A stretch of DNA of 62,846 bases, filler included, from Octopus bimaculoides (lineage: Eukaryota), in the NCBI RefSeq assembly GCF_001194135.2. It is 4 parts of 4 records of this genome, joined end to end, with 100 filler letters (N's around TTAATTAATTAA, not from the genome) between each part and the next. Parts side by side here need not be neighbours in the genome. Positions count along the whole stretch, not along the records: positions 1 to 20,249 come from NC_068988.1; positions 20,350 to 46,119 come from NC_068990.1; 2 more parts are not named here. One strand, written 5' to 3'. Shown here in pieces: positions 14,015 through 27,200 of the stretch. A program made the translations under genes and the position numbers. Under the pieces are notes generated by a model that was not told where the DNA came from, searched no databases, and saw nothing but the letters and a program-made list of their open reading frames with translations. Position 1 is the stretch's first letter. Every line of letters begins with the position of its first letter.

Positions 14015-15224
14015 AACCTGTGATAAAGAGAAAATAACAACCAGGTAGTGGCTCTCATGGCGTCTGATCTTAACTGATTGGGAGTGGTATTATGTACATT
14101 GTTTCGTCTTTGTATAAAAGACGGGCTTCAGCAAATGTTCTGCTCAGTGCCACGGATGTGTGCATCTCTGATGTGTGCATCTCTGATGTGTGCATCACTG
14201 ATGTGTGCATCTCTGATGTGTGCATCTCTGATCACGAGCATAAGTAGTGGGAGAACATCACAGCCATGTATTGAGAGGAATTCTTTGGTATGTGAATAAT
14301 TCATCTTTGAAAACATGGGTGTTTCGTTTAACATAATTAAACAACCCTTATTGAGGGATATTTTGAGCAGGACGGGCTATTCGACCTGAAGAATATTCTA
14401 ACTGGACCCCACCTGCAAGGTTATGCACTGTTTATCTTGATATGAAGTTACTACGTCGCGCACATGTGGTTGTGATGCATGTACCTGATGTACCCTTATC
14501 AGAAGGTAGTCATGGTAGATATACTGGACTTCGTATAATTGTACCTCAGTATCACTTTGATCGCATAAACTGCTGTCTCACTCAATCATGATAATAATAA
14601 TAATGCCTTGATGCAGTACCAGGTAGTGGCTCTCATGCCCCGATGCAGTACCAGGCAGTGCCTCTCATGCCCTGGTGCAGTACCAGGCAGTGACTTTCAT
14701 GACTCCTGATCTTAACTGGATTGGAAGTGTTATCATGTACATGTTTTGCCTTAGTATAAACGATAGGCTATAGCAAATATTCTGTTCAATATCACAGATT
14801 TGCTTGTAAGTTGTTTCACCTTCACCAGTTGAGTATGTCTCTTTGTTGCTGACGATATGTTCGTCTGTAGTCTCGGGCAGGAGTAGTGTGGGTACATCAT
14901 AGCCAAGTGTTGAGAGGAATTCTTTGGGGTTGGAATAATTCACCTATGGAAACATGAGTATTTCGTTCAACATTATTAAATAAACCTTATTCATGACCTT
15001 TTGAGCAGGATAGGCTACTCGACCTGACGAAAATTCTAACTGGACCCCCACCTGCAAGGTCATGCGCAGTTTATCTTGATATGAGATGACTATGTCCCGT
15101 ACATAATGGTTGTGATGCATGTTCCCGGCATACGCTTATCAGACGGGTAGTCCTGATGGGTATATTGAGCTTCGTATATTTGTACCCCAGCGTCACTTTG
15201 ACGGCATGCATTACTCTCTCACTC

Positions 15225-15277
<53 letters not shown>
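14015..15277 (+). repeat. Two tandem copies of a ~600-bp interspersed element bounded by (AAT)n
   Basis: ~14015-14590 and ~14600-15225 align throughout (e.g. CCCCACCTGCAAGGT.ATGC, GGTTGTGATGCATGT, CACTTTGA..GCAT, CTCACTCAAT). (AAT)n follows at 15224-15277. Confidence 0.85.
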
Positions 15278-15278
<1 letters not shown>

Positions 15279-15425
15279 GATATAAAAGAAATAAACAAGT
15301 TTATTTTAATCAAACAGAAATTAATTATGCGCACTGGCTTGCTATCCATAAGTTCTTATACGAAGTCATATAGCACTTTTCCCTTTTCATATGTTTCTAT
15401 GAATTAATGAACCCAAATCAATAAT

Positions 15426-15460
<35 letters not shown>

Positions 15461-16941
15461 TATTAAAAAAGGGAACACTTAATATAAGTAAATTAAAGTA
15501 GATGTTGGTGTATCATCAGCCTTGTCTTTGCTCACTGATAACGCAATGAAAAACTTACATTTTGATTTCGGCAGAGATTTATTTTGAAAATATAATTAGA
15601 ATCGCACGTCGATAAAATATATGAACGGTCCCTATAAGCACCTACTCCAGACTAGTGTCTCCCTCATATTTATCACCACCTAGACAACTCACAATTTTCA
15701 TAAGAAAATGCTATGATCCTGAATAAGAACTATTGATTTAATGGTGCTGAAGAAATAATCGTGTATAAACTTTAGAGACTTCACTGTACTAGGAGTCATT
15801 AAATGAAACTGCGAGCTTTATTATATAAGACTGGTTATTAAGATGAGGTATTCAGAAGATAATAAGTATTTGAAAGGCTTATTTAATATACGTCCGATGC
15901 TAACACAAATAAACTAACGAAAACATTTCACATACACGAAACATGCGTGTTTCAAAACACACATCCAATCAATATTGACATAAGTGGTTTTTATGTCGTT
16001 CATATTTCCTCTGAAGCCAAGCAACTGTTCCATTAGTGTTGTGAGACCTCACTCTACAAAGTGTCGGCTTTTAATTGAAGTGACTCTTCGCTTTTTGGCG
16101 TAGTCTTGACACATTACTGTCAAATATAAGTGATATTCAACAAAAACGAATGAAATAAATATTGCAAACGATATTGTTGCTAACCAGAATCGATCTTTCC
16201 ATAATATTGTTTTTCAGTTCTCTTTGACAAGTGAACTACGAACTTTTACCGTTCACCTATGGCCTATACTGTTTTGTATGTCCGTGTGTCAGGCGAACTA
16301 CTTTCTTAGAAATGTATATATTCATGACAGAAAATGTTAGGTATTCAGATGTGATGTGTAAATATGAATTATGTTTTGGATTACGTCAAATGTTATTTTG
16401 CATATTATCACGATTTTTATTATTAAAACACAAATATTTCATATTTCTGTCGTGTACATATTTTTTTATTTGTTTGGTCATTAACTCTCATTTCATTTTG
16501 TACGAACCTCCACTTGAAGTTGTATGCATTTCATACATGTTGCTGTTTAGGTCGCAGACTTGTTAGTGCGTCGGACAAAATGCTTAGCAATATTTCTTTC
16601 ATGTCCTTGTGTTCTAATTTTAAATTCAAATTCAGTCCACATCAAGTTTGCTGTTTATCTTTTCGAAACAGATAACGTATAGTACCAGTTAAACACTGAA
16701 GACGATGAAACAACGTAACCCCAACCCACTGAAATTACTGGTTTTGTGCCAAAATTTGAAAACGTTATTTAACTGACGGTCGATCCTGATCGTGATGATG
16801 GTGGTAGTTGTGGGGTTCCATAAGTGAAGGGTGACTATTCCTCTCTACATGTATACATACAAGCCTGGGCAAGACATTTTGTAGAAAACCAACAGTTGCG
16901 GTTGTAGGTGTGTGTAGTGTGTGTGGTGTGTGGGGGAATGC

Positions 16942-17328
16942 TTGTTGTTGTTGGCACTCCGTTGCTTACGGCGTCGAGGGTTCCAGTTGATCCGATCAAC
17001 GGAACAGCCTGCTCGTGAAATTAACGTGCAAGTGGCTGAGCACTCCACATACACGTGTACCCTTAACGTAGTTCTCGGTGATGTTCAGCGTGATACAGTG
17101 TGACAAGGCAGACCCTTTGAATTACAGGCACGACAGAAACAGGAAGAAAGAGTGAGAGAAAGTTGTGGTGAAAGAGTACAGCAGGGTTCACCACCATCCC
17201 CTGTCGGAGCCTCGTGGAGCTTTAGGTGTTTTCGCTCAATAAACACTCACAACGCCCGGTCTGGGAATCGAAGCCGTGATCCTATGACTGCGAGTGAGCT
17301 GTCTTAACCACTGGGCCATTGCGCCTCC
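16942..17328 (-). mobile_element. Full-length tRNA-derived SINE (family B) with (CAA)n tail and ~8-bp TSD
   Basis: Minus-strand head GGAGGCGCAATGGCCCAGTGGTTAAG (A box) ... GGCTTCGATTCCC (B box). Tail CAACAACAA. GGGGAATG flanks both ends (16933-16940 and 17330-17337). Confidence 0.9.
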
Positions 17329-17783
17329 TGGGGAATGTTACTCATATAGCAATCTATACATTGCAACCCTGTTCCGATTTTTACGTCAAGCTTTTTTTTT
17401 TCAGTTACATTATGTAGCTGATTATATAATTGCATGAACGATACGGTAACACATTCTCTGTCAAAATTAAAAAATACAATTGAACATAATTGAGTATGAA
17501 AATGTCATTAATGGGTTGTAATAAAAGAAAGCCAGTGATTGTTAGGACGATTATGATAGATTCTTACATAGACAGAAAGACGGAGTTTGATGGAAGAGAC
17601 CGGTCGATTAAATCTACATCGTGTATTTTATTTTATTAACCTGAGAATATTGAAAAGCAATTTCAACCTTAATGGGATTTGAAATCAGAAGGTAAAGAAC
17701 AGAATAAAATATGGCAAGTTATTTTATTTGCTGCCCTAAGTATTCTGTTAATCTAACCCACTTATAATAATCGTTGTTTCTTA

Positions 17784-18014
17784 GGCGGCGAGCTGGCAGA
17801 AACGTTAGCACACCGGGCGAAATGCTTAGCAGTATTTCGTCTACCGCTAAGTTCTGAGTTCAAATTCTGCCGTGGTCGACTTTGCCTTTCATCCTTTCGG
17901 GGTCGATAAATTAAGCACCAGTTACGCACTGGGGTCGATATAATCGACTTAATCCGTTTGTATATCCTTGTTTGTCCCCTCTGTGGGTAGCCACTTGTGG
18001 GCAGTAAAGAAATA
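17784..18014 (+). mobile_element. Full-length family A SINE (tail type ending GCCACTTGTGGGCAGTAAAGAAATA)
   Basis: Head GGCGGCGAGCTGGCAGAA, B-box-like GAGTTCAAATTC and the conserved core. Followed directly by another partial copy (18018-18110). Confidence 0.9.
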
Positions 18015-19396
18015 AAGAACGTTAGCACACCGGGCGAAAAGCTTAACGATATTTCGTCTGTCTTTACGTTCTGAGTTCAAATTCCGCTGAGGTCGGCTTT
18101 GCCTTCCATACAAGATGGTAAGACAAAGTTAACCTTGGTGGGATAAGAACTCGAAAAATAATGAGCCCCCAAGATATACTGCCAAAAATTTTATTCTCTG
18201 CGATAACGATTACGCCACTTCAATGATAACCATAAAGGTGATAGTTATGGAGATGAATAATTTCTACTGGCCAGCGGAAATTAAAGTTAGTTTCAAATTG
18301 TGGCTCAAGGGCAGGGATTACGTGGAAGGGAATAGCCGATTACATGAAACACAGTACTCAAATGATATTTATTTTATCGACTCTGAAAGGATAAAGGGCA
18401 AGGTCGACCTGCGGCAGCATCTGAAATGGGTTTGAAGAAATGTTACTATGCATTTTGTCCGGCGCAATAACGGTCCAAGCAGCACGCCATCTGGGCGGAA
18501 CTTAAGCATTAGCAAAATAAAAAGAATATATTTACCGAAATGAGTCCCATGATTCCAGTGATGTTTCGTGAAAGATTGCATACATGTCTAATTATTAAAT
18601 CAATTAATTTTCTCTTTCCCTCAAGAATGGAATACAATTTTTTTTCAACATTTCCCCAGTCTGTTGATGTTATTTAACCTTTGTTCCATTCGAAAAAAAA
18701 AAACCCAGCAGTTTTAATTAGAGACTTCATATATATTACGAAACCTCGAGTGTTAATTACAGTAGGGCCGTATGATTACTCATGATGACACGCGCGCACA
18801 CTCACACTCAGGCACACAACTACTATATCAACATTATATATATATANNNNNNNNNNNNNNNNNNNNNNNNNNNNNNNNNNNNNNNNNNNNNNNNNNNNNN
18901 NNNNNNNNNNNNNNNNNNNNNNNNNNNNNNNNNNNNNNNNNNNNNNNNNNNNNNNNNNNNNNNNNNNNNNNNNNNNNNNNNNNNNNNNNNNNNNNNNNNN
19001 NNNNNNNNNNNNNNNNNNNNNNNNNNNNNNNNNNNNNNNNNNNNNNNNNNNNNNNNNNNNNNNNNNNNNNNNNNNNNNNNNNNNNNNNNNNNNNNNNNNN
19101 NNNNNNNNNNNNNNNNNNNNNNNNNNNNNNNNNNNNNNNNNNNNNNNNNNNNNNNNNNNNNNNNNNNNNNNNNNNNNNNNNNNNNNNNNNNNNNNNNNNN
19201 NNNNNNNNNNNNNNNNNNNNNNNNNNNNNNNNNNNNNNNNNNNNNNNNNNNNNNNNNNNNNNNNNNNNNNNNNNNNNNNNNNNNNNNNNNNNNNNNNNNN
19301 NNNNNNNNNNNNNNNNNNNNNNNNNNNNNNNNNNNNNNNNNNNNNNNNNNNNNNNNNNNNNNNATATATATATATATATATATATAAACATATATA

Positions 19397-19486
<90 letters not shown>

Positions 19487-19938
19487 AAGAGAGTGAGATA
19501 GATAGGTAGATAAGTATCTAGTTCTCTTTCTGTGTGTGTGTGTGTGTATGTGTGTGTGTGTATTTATGTGTAAATAAATAAATGTATGGTACATTAAATA
19601 CGACGTAACGTATGCCTAACGGGAGACAAACACATCCACTCTCATCCAATTGCTAATACACAGTTTCTCACCTTTACTGATCTTTATTATTAAAGGTGCG
19701 AAACTGAGTACTCGTAATTGGTTGATAAGTAAATAAGAATTAGGGACCTTATGTGTTTGTATCCCGTGTGGTTTTATACTCAGTATACGCCATGTCGTAT
19801 GCCTATTTATATATTTTTTTCACTCATGAAGTAATGGAACCAACGCACACCGAATTTGAATATATTCTCATACATACATACATTATCTATGCGTATACAT
19901 ACACATATATACCTATCGGTCTAACTATCATACTTCAC

Positions 19939-19998
<60 letters not shown>

Positions 19999-20123
19999 CT
20001 CTATCTCTCTATCTATCTCTCTATCTCTCTATCTATCTTTCAGGTTATCTGTACGTACGTATGTATGTATGTATGTATGTATGTATGTGTGTATGTATGT
20101 GTGCATGTATGTGTGTATGTATG

Positions 20124-20159
<36 letters not shown>

Positions 20160-20249
20160 TGTTTTCCTGTCTTGTTTTTTGTCCGCCACTACATTCCTCC
20201 ATGGCTAGATTTAATTTGCGTATACAGATTTAATCTGCGATCCATGGGA

Positions 20250-20349
20250 NNNNNNNNNNNNNNNNNNNNNNNNNNNNNNNNNNNNNNNNNNNNTTAATTA
20301 ATTAANNNNNNNNNNNNNNNNNNNNNNNNNNNNNNNNNNNNNNNNNNNN
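20250..20349. other. Artificial scaffold linker N44-TTAATTAATTAA-N44 (also 46120-46219 and 58502-58601)
   Basis: The same 100-bp layout occurs three times, with a six-frame stop 12-mer in the middle. Confidence 0.95.
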
Positions 20350-20934
20350 ATACATATGTATCATACAAAAGAATTCTTTCAGTTTCCGTCTGCCAAATCC
20401 ACTCACTCACAGAGTTTTTGTTCAATATTTCTTTAATACGACTTTTAAAATAAAGATTTATACGACAATGTATGAATACCATATTTGATAAAAAGAGAAA
20501 AACTAATTTCGAAAATAACCTTTTTCTTCTTCTTCTTCTTCTTCTTCTTCTTTCATATATGTCATCATTCTTTCCAGCAATTGGCAAAAATGTGAATTTA
20601 TTAATGGAATAGGCCACCGTATGTTTGAAGTGTATTTAGTGTCCTTTTATACCTTCTAGTGTTAATGATATTAACATATCTGCATCAAATAATAGATTTA
20701 TTTCTCTTCCCTCAAACATTTCCTTCATTGATACTAGCAAAATGATATCATGTCGTATGCTTTATAATTATTTTGAAATCCTTTTTGTCACAAGTGTTAT
20801 ATTCTTTGATGTTTTATAAAAATTATAAACTATTTCTGCCCGGAATAATTCAGTAACAGTATTTCATGACTTTACTGGAAGTTATAAAGTACTTCTGTTT
20901 CCTCTCTTTCAGCCTATGCCGCCTTCTTTATCTG

Positions 20935-20975
<41 letters not shown>

Positions 20976-21884
20976 TTGTGTATTTAATCTATATATTCGC
21001 TTATATGCCATCCTTTCTCTCTGCCTCTTTCCACTTTCTCTAATAGCATCTCTTTATCAGTCTATGTGTCTTATCTCTGTCTCACTTCTACAGTCTCACT
21101 TTTACTACACCACTTCCTTCTCTATAATTCAACATATACTTTTTCGATTCATCGGCAATTTCTTTTATCAGTTTAACCTAGGGGTACAGAAAGATGAACT
21201 ATAAATTTTAATATATCACTTGTTTTGATGTTAGAAGATAAAATTTAGGTATGTAAATGTGACGGTTTTAAGATTTAGAAATTATGAAAGCCATAATAGA
21301 TTGCGTAGAAATTCACCATTCTTGGATAGATGGCACTTGCAGTGTAGTTGTATCATTCACCCAGTTGCGATACGAATTCGTATGAATACGCTTACAAACA
21401 TGTATATTCCAATATTTACGAGCAGTTGGAGGCACCTGGTTAAGAGGTTCGTGTGTTGGAGTCCTATATTACAATCTAAGTGGAATAATTACATCGAAGT
21501 GAAATGCTAGCTACTAACAGTTATACTTTTCATCTCCAGAAAAATTTCGGGAAGAGAATTTTTTTTTTTTAATTTTGAATTTGTTTGTAAGAATTAACTT
21601 TACGGGTAGAAATCCTGCCAGGGTTTTTCACGAAACCTAAAGTATGGTTTGGATTAGATCTTCCTCAAGAACAACTTCTCAAGGAAAAGAAGGATGCATC
21701 GGAGAAAAATTCATATCGTACGAGAGTAAGTATGCACGTATGAAAGCTTTATGTTCTACTTTATGTTCTGAGCTAAGAATCCGCGGGATTCAAATTTATT
21801 TTACGTCACTCTGTGCTTAATAAAGCAACAGAAATAACATCTAGCTATGAGCTTATTGTGTCAACTGTCTTTACTAATATATGC

Positions 21885-22075
21885 ATTTCAAATTTTGCCA
21901 CAAGGCCATCAATTTCGTGGGAGGGGTACGCCGATGACATCAACCCCAGTGCTTAACTGGTACTTTTTTTATCGACCCCGAAAGAATGAAAGGTAAAGTC
22001 GATCTTGGCGGAATTTGAATTCAGAACAGAAAGACGGACGTAATATCGCCAAGCATTTTGTCCGGCGTGCACAAC
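21885..22075 (-). mobile_element. Family A SINE
   Basis: Reverse-complement core and a GGCCTTGTGGCAAAATTTGAAA-type tail. Confidence 0.85.
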
Positions 22076-23344
22076 CTTTATCTTTATTAATATATTATGA
22101 TCTATCTTTGGGCTTTGTGTGTTGGCTTGCAGAATCAAGGCGGCGTAGGCTGAAAGAGAGGAAACAGAAGTACTGTATCAAATTGTTGCGAGGCAAACAA
22201 GGATCTCCTATACGGTTGCTAAAACTTCAAGAACATTCACTGAATTTCCTTTCACACATATAGGAAAGACATAATTTAGATAACACTACTAGATACATTG
22301 TTTGAAAGTAAAATCGGATGATCATAGATGGATTATCATAGATTTTATAAGCGGACCCCTCAATGTGGGCTCCTTTAATCTGGGTTGTACGGATCTAAAC
22401 ATCAGCAAAGTGAATGCTTTACTGTCTGAAGAAAATGAAAGCCATATAATATTTCTTAAATTTATTTCTAAGAGACATTCTTCATAACTTCAAATAATAA
22501 ACTTAGTGCTATTTGTGGTCTCATAGGCTATCAAATGCCTTTTCAAAGATCTCTGTATGCATCTTTTTAGCCAAAATTGTTTGCCCTGTGACGTTATTGC
22601 TTAATAAGTTGTCGCTGAGCAAAGCGTGCCGGTTTTAGATGTTTCGTAGTTTTCGATGGTAGTATATAACAACATCGAACATATCCTTTATTTTATTTAA
22701 GGTGGTATTGTACGAGTTCGTAGGATATTTGCTGATATTTGTAGTTGGTCGTATGATCACGAACACGGCATCTCCTTCATAGTTGTATTCATATGGTCAC
22801 ATTTTTTGTTGGTATATCTCAGCATTCATACACTTTCATTGTATTCTATTCTTAAGATTCGTTTGTAATCCACAGTATCAAGCTGTTGTGACAGATATTT
22901 CTTACCAATGTAGCCGTTTAAATTGTCTTTATCTCAGTTTCGTTGGTGATTCCGTTCTCTCCATTGTTGATTTATTCAATATTATATTCAATGATATTTA
23001 GGAATTCTTTGAGAGTGTCCATTAGATTAAAAGACACTTTCACTATTATTAAATTGCCTGATATTACAATTGCGTGAAGATTTGCATCTATATCTTATCT
23101 TCATCTTCTCATTCGTATTTTTATTATCCATTTTCCCTTCATTCTGTATTTCTCAAACCTTGTCTTTCGTTCCCTATTACAATATTTCATTAAAATATTT
23201 CACTTTTCTTTGCTGCTTCCATTCTATATTGATGTTTCCTATTCATTTCTTAAACATTGCGACTGTTTTTGTTTATTATCTGTTGGCTTTATTTATGAAT
23301 ACACTCCTACAAAATGTGTTGAATATCACATTCTTTCCCTTATC

Positions 23345-23530
23345 CGAAGGCAGAGAGGTGGCAGAAATGCTTAGCGGTATTTCGTCTGTCTTTACGTTCT
23401 GAGTTCAAATTCCACCGAGATCAACTTTACCTTTCATACTTCCGGGGTCGATAAATTAAGTTCCAGTTGCGTACTAGTGTCGATCTAATCGAATGCTCCC
23501 TCCTACAAAATTTAAAGTCCGCAGTTGTAA
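23345..23530 (+). mobile_element. Family A SINE
   Basis: GGCAGAAATGCTTAGCGGTATTTCGTCTG..GAGTTCAAATTCC..GGGGTCGATAAATTAAG. Confidence 0.85.
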
Positions 23531-23828
23531 AATAAGAGCTACTAAAGGTTCTTTGCCATGGAAACATGGTAAAAATTGATTAGAGACGCAAGGAAGGTTA
23601 TATAAATCTGCCGATCTATTGTCTCCATGGCATGAACCTGTTAGTAGCGCTTACTTTCATAATTCGTTCATTAAGTGATATTTATCTCTCACTGGATGAA
23701 ATAATTTTTCCATTGATTTCATACCTACAACAAAACAGTGAACTTTATATATAAAATTATAAATAAGGGTAAAAGAAAAAAAAATTCTGTACCAATATTC
23801 TGAGAAAGAGACTAAAGTCTATTGTTGC

Positions 23829-24650
23829 TCGTCTTTATGTTTTGAGTTCAAATTCTGCCGAGGTCGACTTTGCAGTTCATCGTCTCCGTATCGCTAAAAT
23901 AAGTAACAGTTCGTTCGATCTAATCAACTTGCTCTCTGAAATTGCTGATCTTTTGCCAAAGTTTGAAATCATTATTTACATCAACAAAGGCGGTGAGCTT
24001 GCAGAATCATTAGCACGCAGTAATTCGCCCGTCGCTTCGCTCTGAGTTAGAATTCCGCCGAGGTAGACTTTGCCTTTCTTCCTTTCGGGGTCAATAATTT
24101 AAGTACCAGTTATGTACTGGAGTCGATCTAATCGACTGACCCCCTCCGCCAAAATTTTAGGCGCTGTGCCGAGAGTAGAAAAGATTCTTTTAAAACAAGT
24201 TCAAATTACTTAGCCTTTCATCCTTTTGGAGTCGATGAATTAAGTACCGGTTCCATACTGGGGTCGATCTAATCGACTGGCCCCCCACCCCCAAAATTTC
24301 CAAGAGTAGAAAAGAATCGTTAGTACGCCGGACGAAACGTTTGCGGTATTTCGCCCGTCGCTACACTCTGAGTTCAAATCCCGCCGAGGTAGACTTTGTC
24401 TTTTATCCTTTCGGGGTTCATAAATTAAGTACCATTTTCATACAGCGGTCGATCTAATCGACTGGCCCCCTCGCCCAAAATGTCGGGTCTTGAGCCAGGA
24501 GTAGAAAAGATTCATTTAAAATGAGTTCAAATTCCGCCGAGGTCGACATTGCATTTATCTTTTCAAGATCGATAAAATAAGTACCATTTGAACACTGGGG
24601 TCGATGTAATCTACTTATCCCTTCCTCTCCCAAACTGCCCTTGTGGCAAA
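23829..24650 (+). mobile_element. Head-to-tail cluster of ~5 partial or complete family A SINE units
   Basis: The core motif recurs at ~23845, 24045, 24205, 24370 and 24525, with AGTAGAAAAGA tails at ~24175, 24305 and 24500. Confidence 0.85.
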
Positions 24651-24764
24651 AAAAAAAAAAAAAAAATTGGAATATTTATTTACATAAAGAGCATTTTTCT
24701 TGATTCCTTTCTTAGATATCTGCTGTAATGATGATGATGATAATGACTACGACTACAGCGCTGA

Positions 24765-24820
<56 letters not shown>

Positions 24821-25087
24821 GCGGCGGCGGAGGCGACCAATACGCTATCAGAAACGACGATGATGATGATGATAATGTTTAGGAGGAGGAGAGGGTGGAG
24901 GAGGACGTAGAGGGTGAGCTAGATGACGAGGACGAGGCGTAGGAGGCGGAGATGGAAGTAGAGAAGTAGGGGTATCGACGACGACGATGGGGTGGAGGGG
25001 TAATGATATGATAAAGTTGTCTACAACGATGACGATGAACATGATGAGGACAACGATGATGATGATGATGATGATGATGATGATCAC

Positions 25088-25127
<40 letters not shown>

Positions 25128-25639
25128 GTCGTCGTCATGATCATCATCATTACCATCTTCAGCACCAGCAGCAGTGGTGGCGGAGGCGTAGACGGTGCCG
25201 ATGGTGATATATGGAGAAGTGGAGGCGTTGTAGATGTTATAGGATTTTGGCAGATGTATTGAAGATATCAATGGGATTCTATCGTTTGGTGACACATAAT
25301 TAATTGCCAGGTTTTGTGTAAAAAATATATAACTTGTAATTTACCTTTCACTTATAAATGATGTTATTTTTGTTGTTGACGTTCATTATATTGTTGTTCT
25401 TCGTGTTGTTGCTGATGTTTTTGTTTGTTGTTACTGCATTGTCGCTTTTTTATTCGCAGGTTTTGTACAGATTTTATTAAAAAATACATTTATTTTTTGT
25501 TATTAGAAAGAGAAATCATACGGCAGCTAATGACATACATATTAACACACACATACACGTACACACACACATACACACACAGAGTCACACACACACACAC
25601 ATATATATACACATACATATATATCTATACATATACATA

Positions 25640-25685
<46 letters not shown>

Positions 25686-25776
25686 CGTATATATGTATAT
25701 GTATTGATATATACATATGTGTAAATATATATATGTACATATATATATATACATATGTGCAAATATATATATGTAC

Positions 25777-25823
<47 letters not shown>

Positions 25824-25929
25824 TACGTGGGGGATGCGTATAAATGTACGTGCATACATATATATATATTTATCTGTACACACATACTCACAGATACATA
25901 TACCTCGCTCCATCCTCCATATATATATA

Positions 25930-25987
<58 letters not shown>

Positions 25988-26238
25988 CGCAAGAGTGGCT
26001 GTGTAGTAAGTAACTTCCTTACCAACCACGTTGTTCTGCGCATTGATGGATAATTATTCTTCATTTATGGGTCAAAGCTACCACTGATTTCATGGAAAAG
26101 AGAAATCCATTTACAATTTTCAAGCCTGTGTTTTGATCGAAGATGGAAACAGGCACTGATATTCCATATGGCAGGCATGATAATTGTAAAGTTATATCTC
26201 TTTAAAAATAAAAATAAAAACAATTGTTGGCTTAACCA

Positions 26239-26269
<31 letters not shown>

Positions 26270-26475
26270 TGTATGTATGTATGTACGTATTTATGTATGT
26301 ATGTATGTATGTATGTATGTATGTATGTACATATGTATGTATGAGTGTGTGTTATACATAAGGATTTTGGGATGACACAGCAAGTAACCAATGATGTTAT
26401 GAATTTGAGTATATTGAGTTCTAGCTTCAGGTTATTAGAATCACAGTGATTAAGCGAAATGTAGGTATGTATTTA

Positions 26476-27200
26476 CGATGGGCTATCCCACCCTGATACG
26501 GCTATTTCACAATATTACTCAATTCAGTTACATTTACATGTTTACACTTTTATCGCCTTCAAAGTATTCTCCATTTGAAACAATGCATCGGTCCAGATGC
26601 GCTTTCCACTATTTGAAGCAGTCCTAGAACTCTTGCGATGTGATGCCTTTTAACGCCTACGTCGTCTTTTTCTTTATCTTTCCCACATCTACAAATTCTG
26701 TAGCACCAGTATTCACCACGGGTGATGCTCTCCAAACAGAAGTCCGGATCAACTTCCAACTGTTCTGTCAGTTGACAGCATACATTCAATCGTGACTGCT
26801 TTTGATCTTCTATGAGCAAGCGAGGCACAAATTCTGCTGCAACTATTTTCATTCGTTCTGGAAGTCGACGGTCGTCCTGAACGGTCGACCATTCCTAAAG
26901 CTTGGAAATCGGACGTAACGTTCTGTTTTGCATATGACAGCGAGCTTGTAAGCTGTTTAAAGCATAAAACAGAATTTCACAGAAGCATGCTAATCCTTCA
27001 TTTCAGCCGTCGTAAAAATCGACGAACAGGGGACTAACAAAGCAAAACAAAGAGGCACTACGTGGCAGTACCACTCTGACGGGTGACGCCGGTTGGTAGA
27101 CTGAGGCCTGTTGGTCGCATCAAGTGGCTTCATGCGCTGGAAGCCTGAACTACAACGGGTTTGTCCTACATAGATCGTTTCCTGTTACTTTTACCCCTAC
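26476..27200 (-). mobile_element. Internally deleted mariner-family transposon
   Basis: Minus strand KIVAAEFVPRLLIEDQKQSRL..DPDFCLESITRGEYWCY (WVPREL-like and TGDETW-like) is joined almost directly to the C-terminal DCFK*WKAHLDRCIVSNGEYFEG. TA-CGATGGGC terminus at 26474. Confidence 0.75.

Noticed and set aside
14156-14230. CRISPR-like array (also 8408-8490 and 14610-14705)
   Set aside because: The units are contiguous with no unique spacers, the context is eukaryotic and there are no cas genes.
22200-23000. Second Penelope-type RT remnant (minus strand; FDVV and IHFADV)
   Set aside because: Motif matches are too short and interrupted to support without an alignment.
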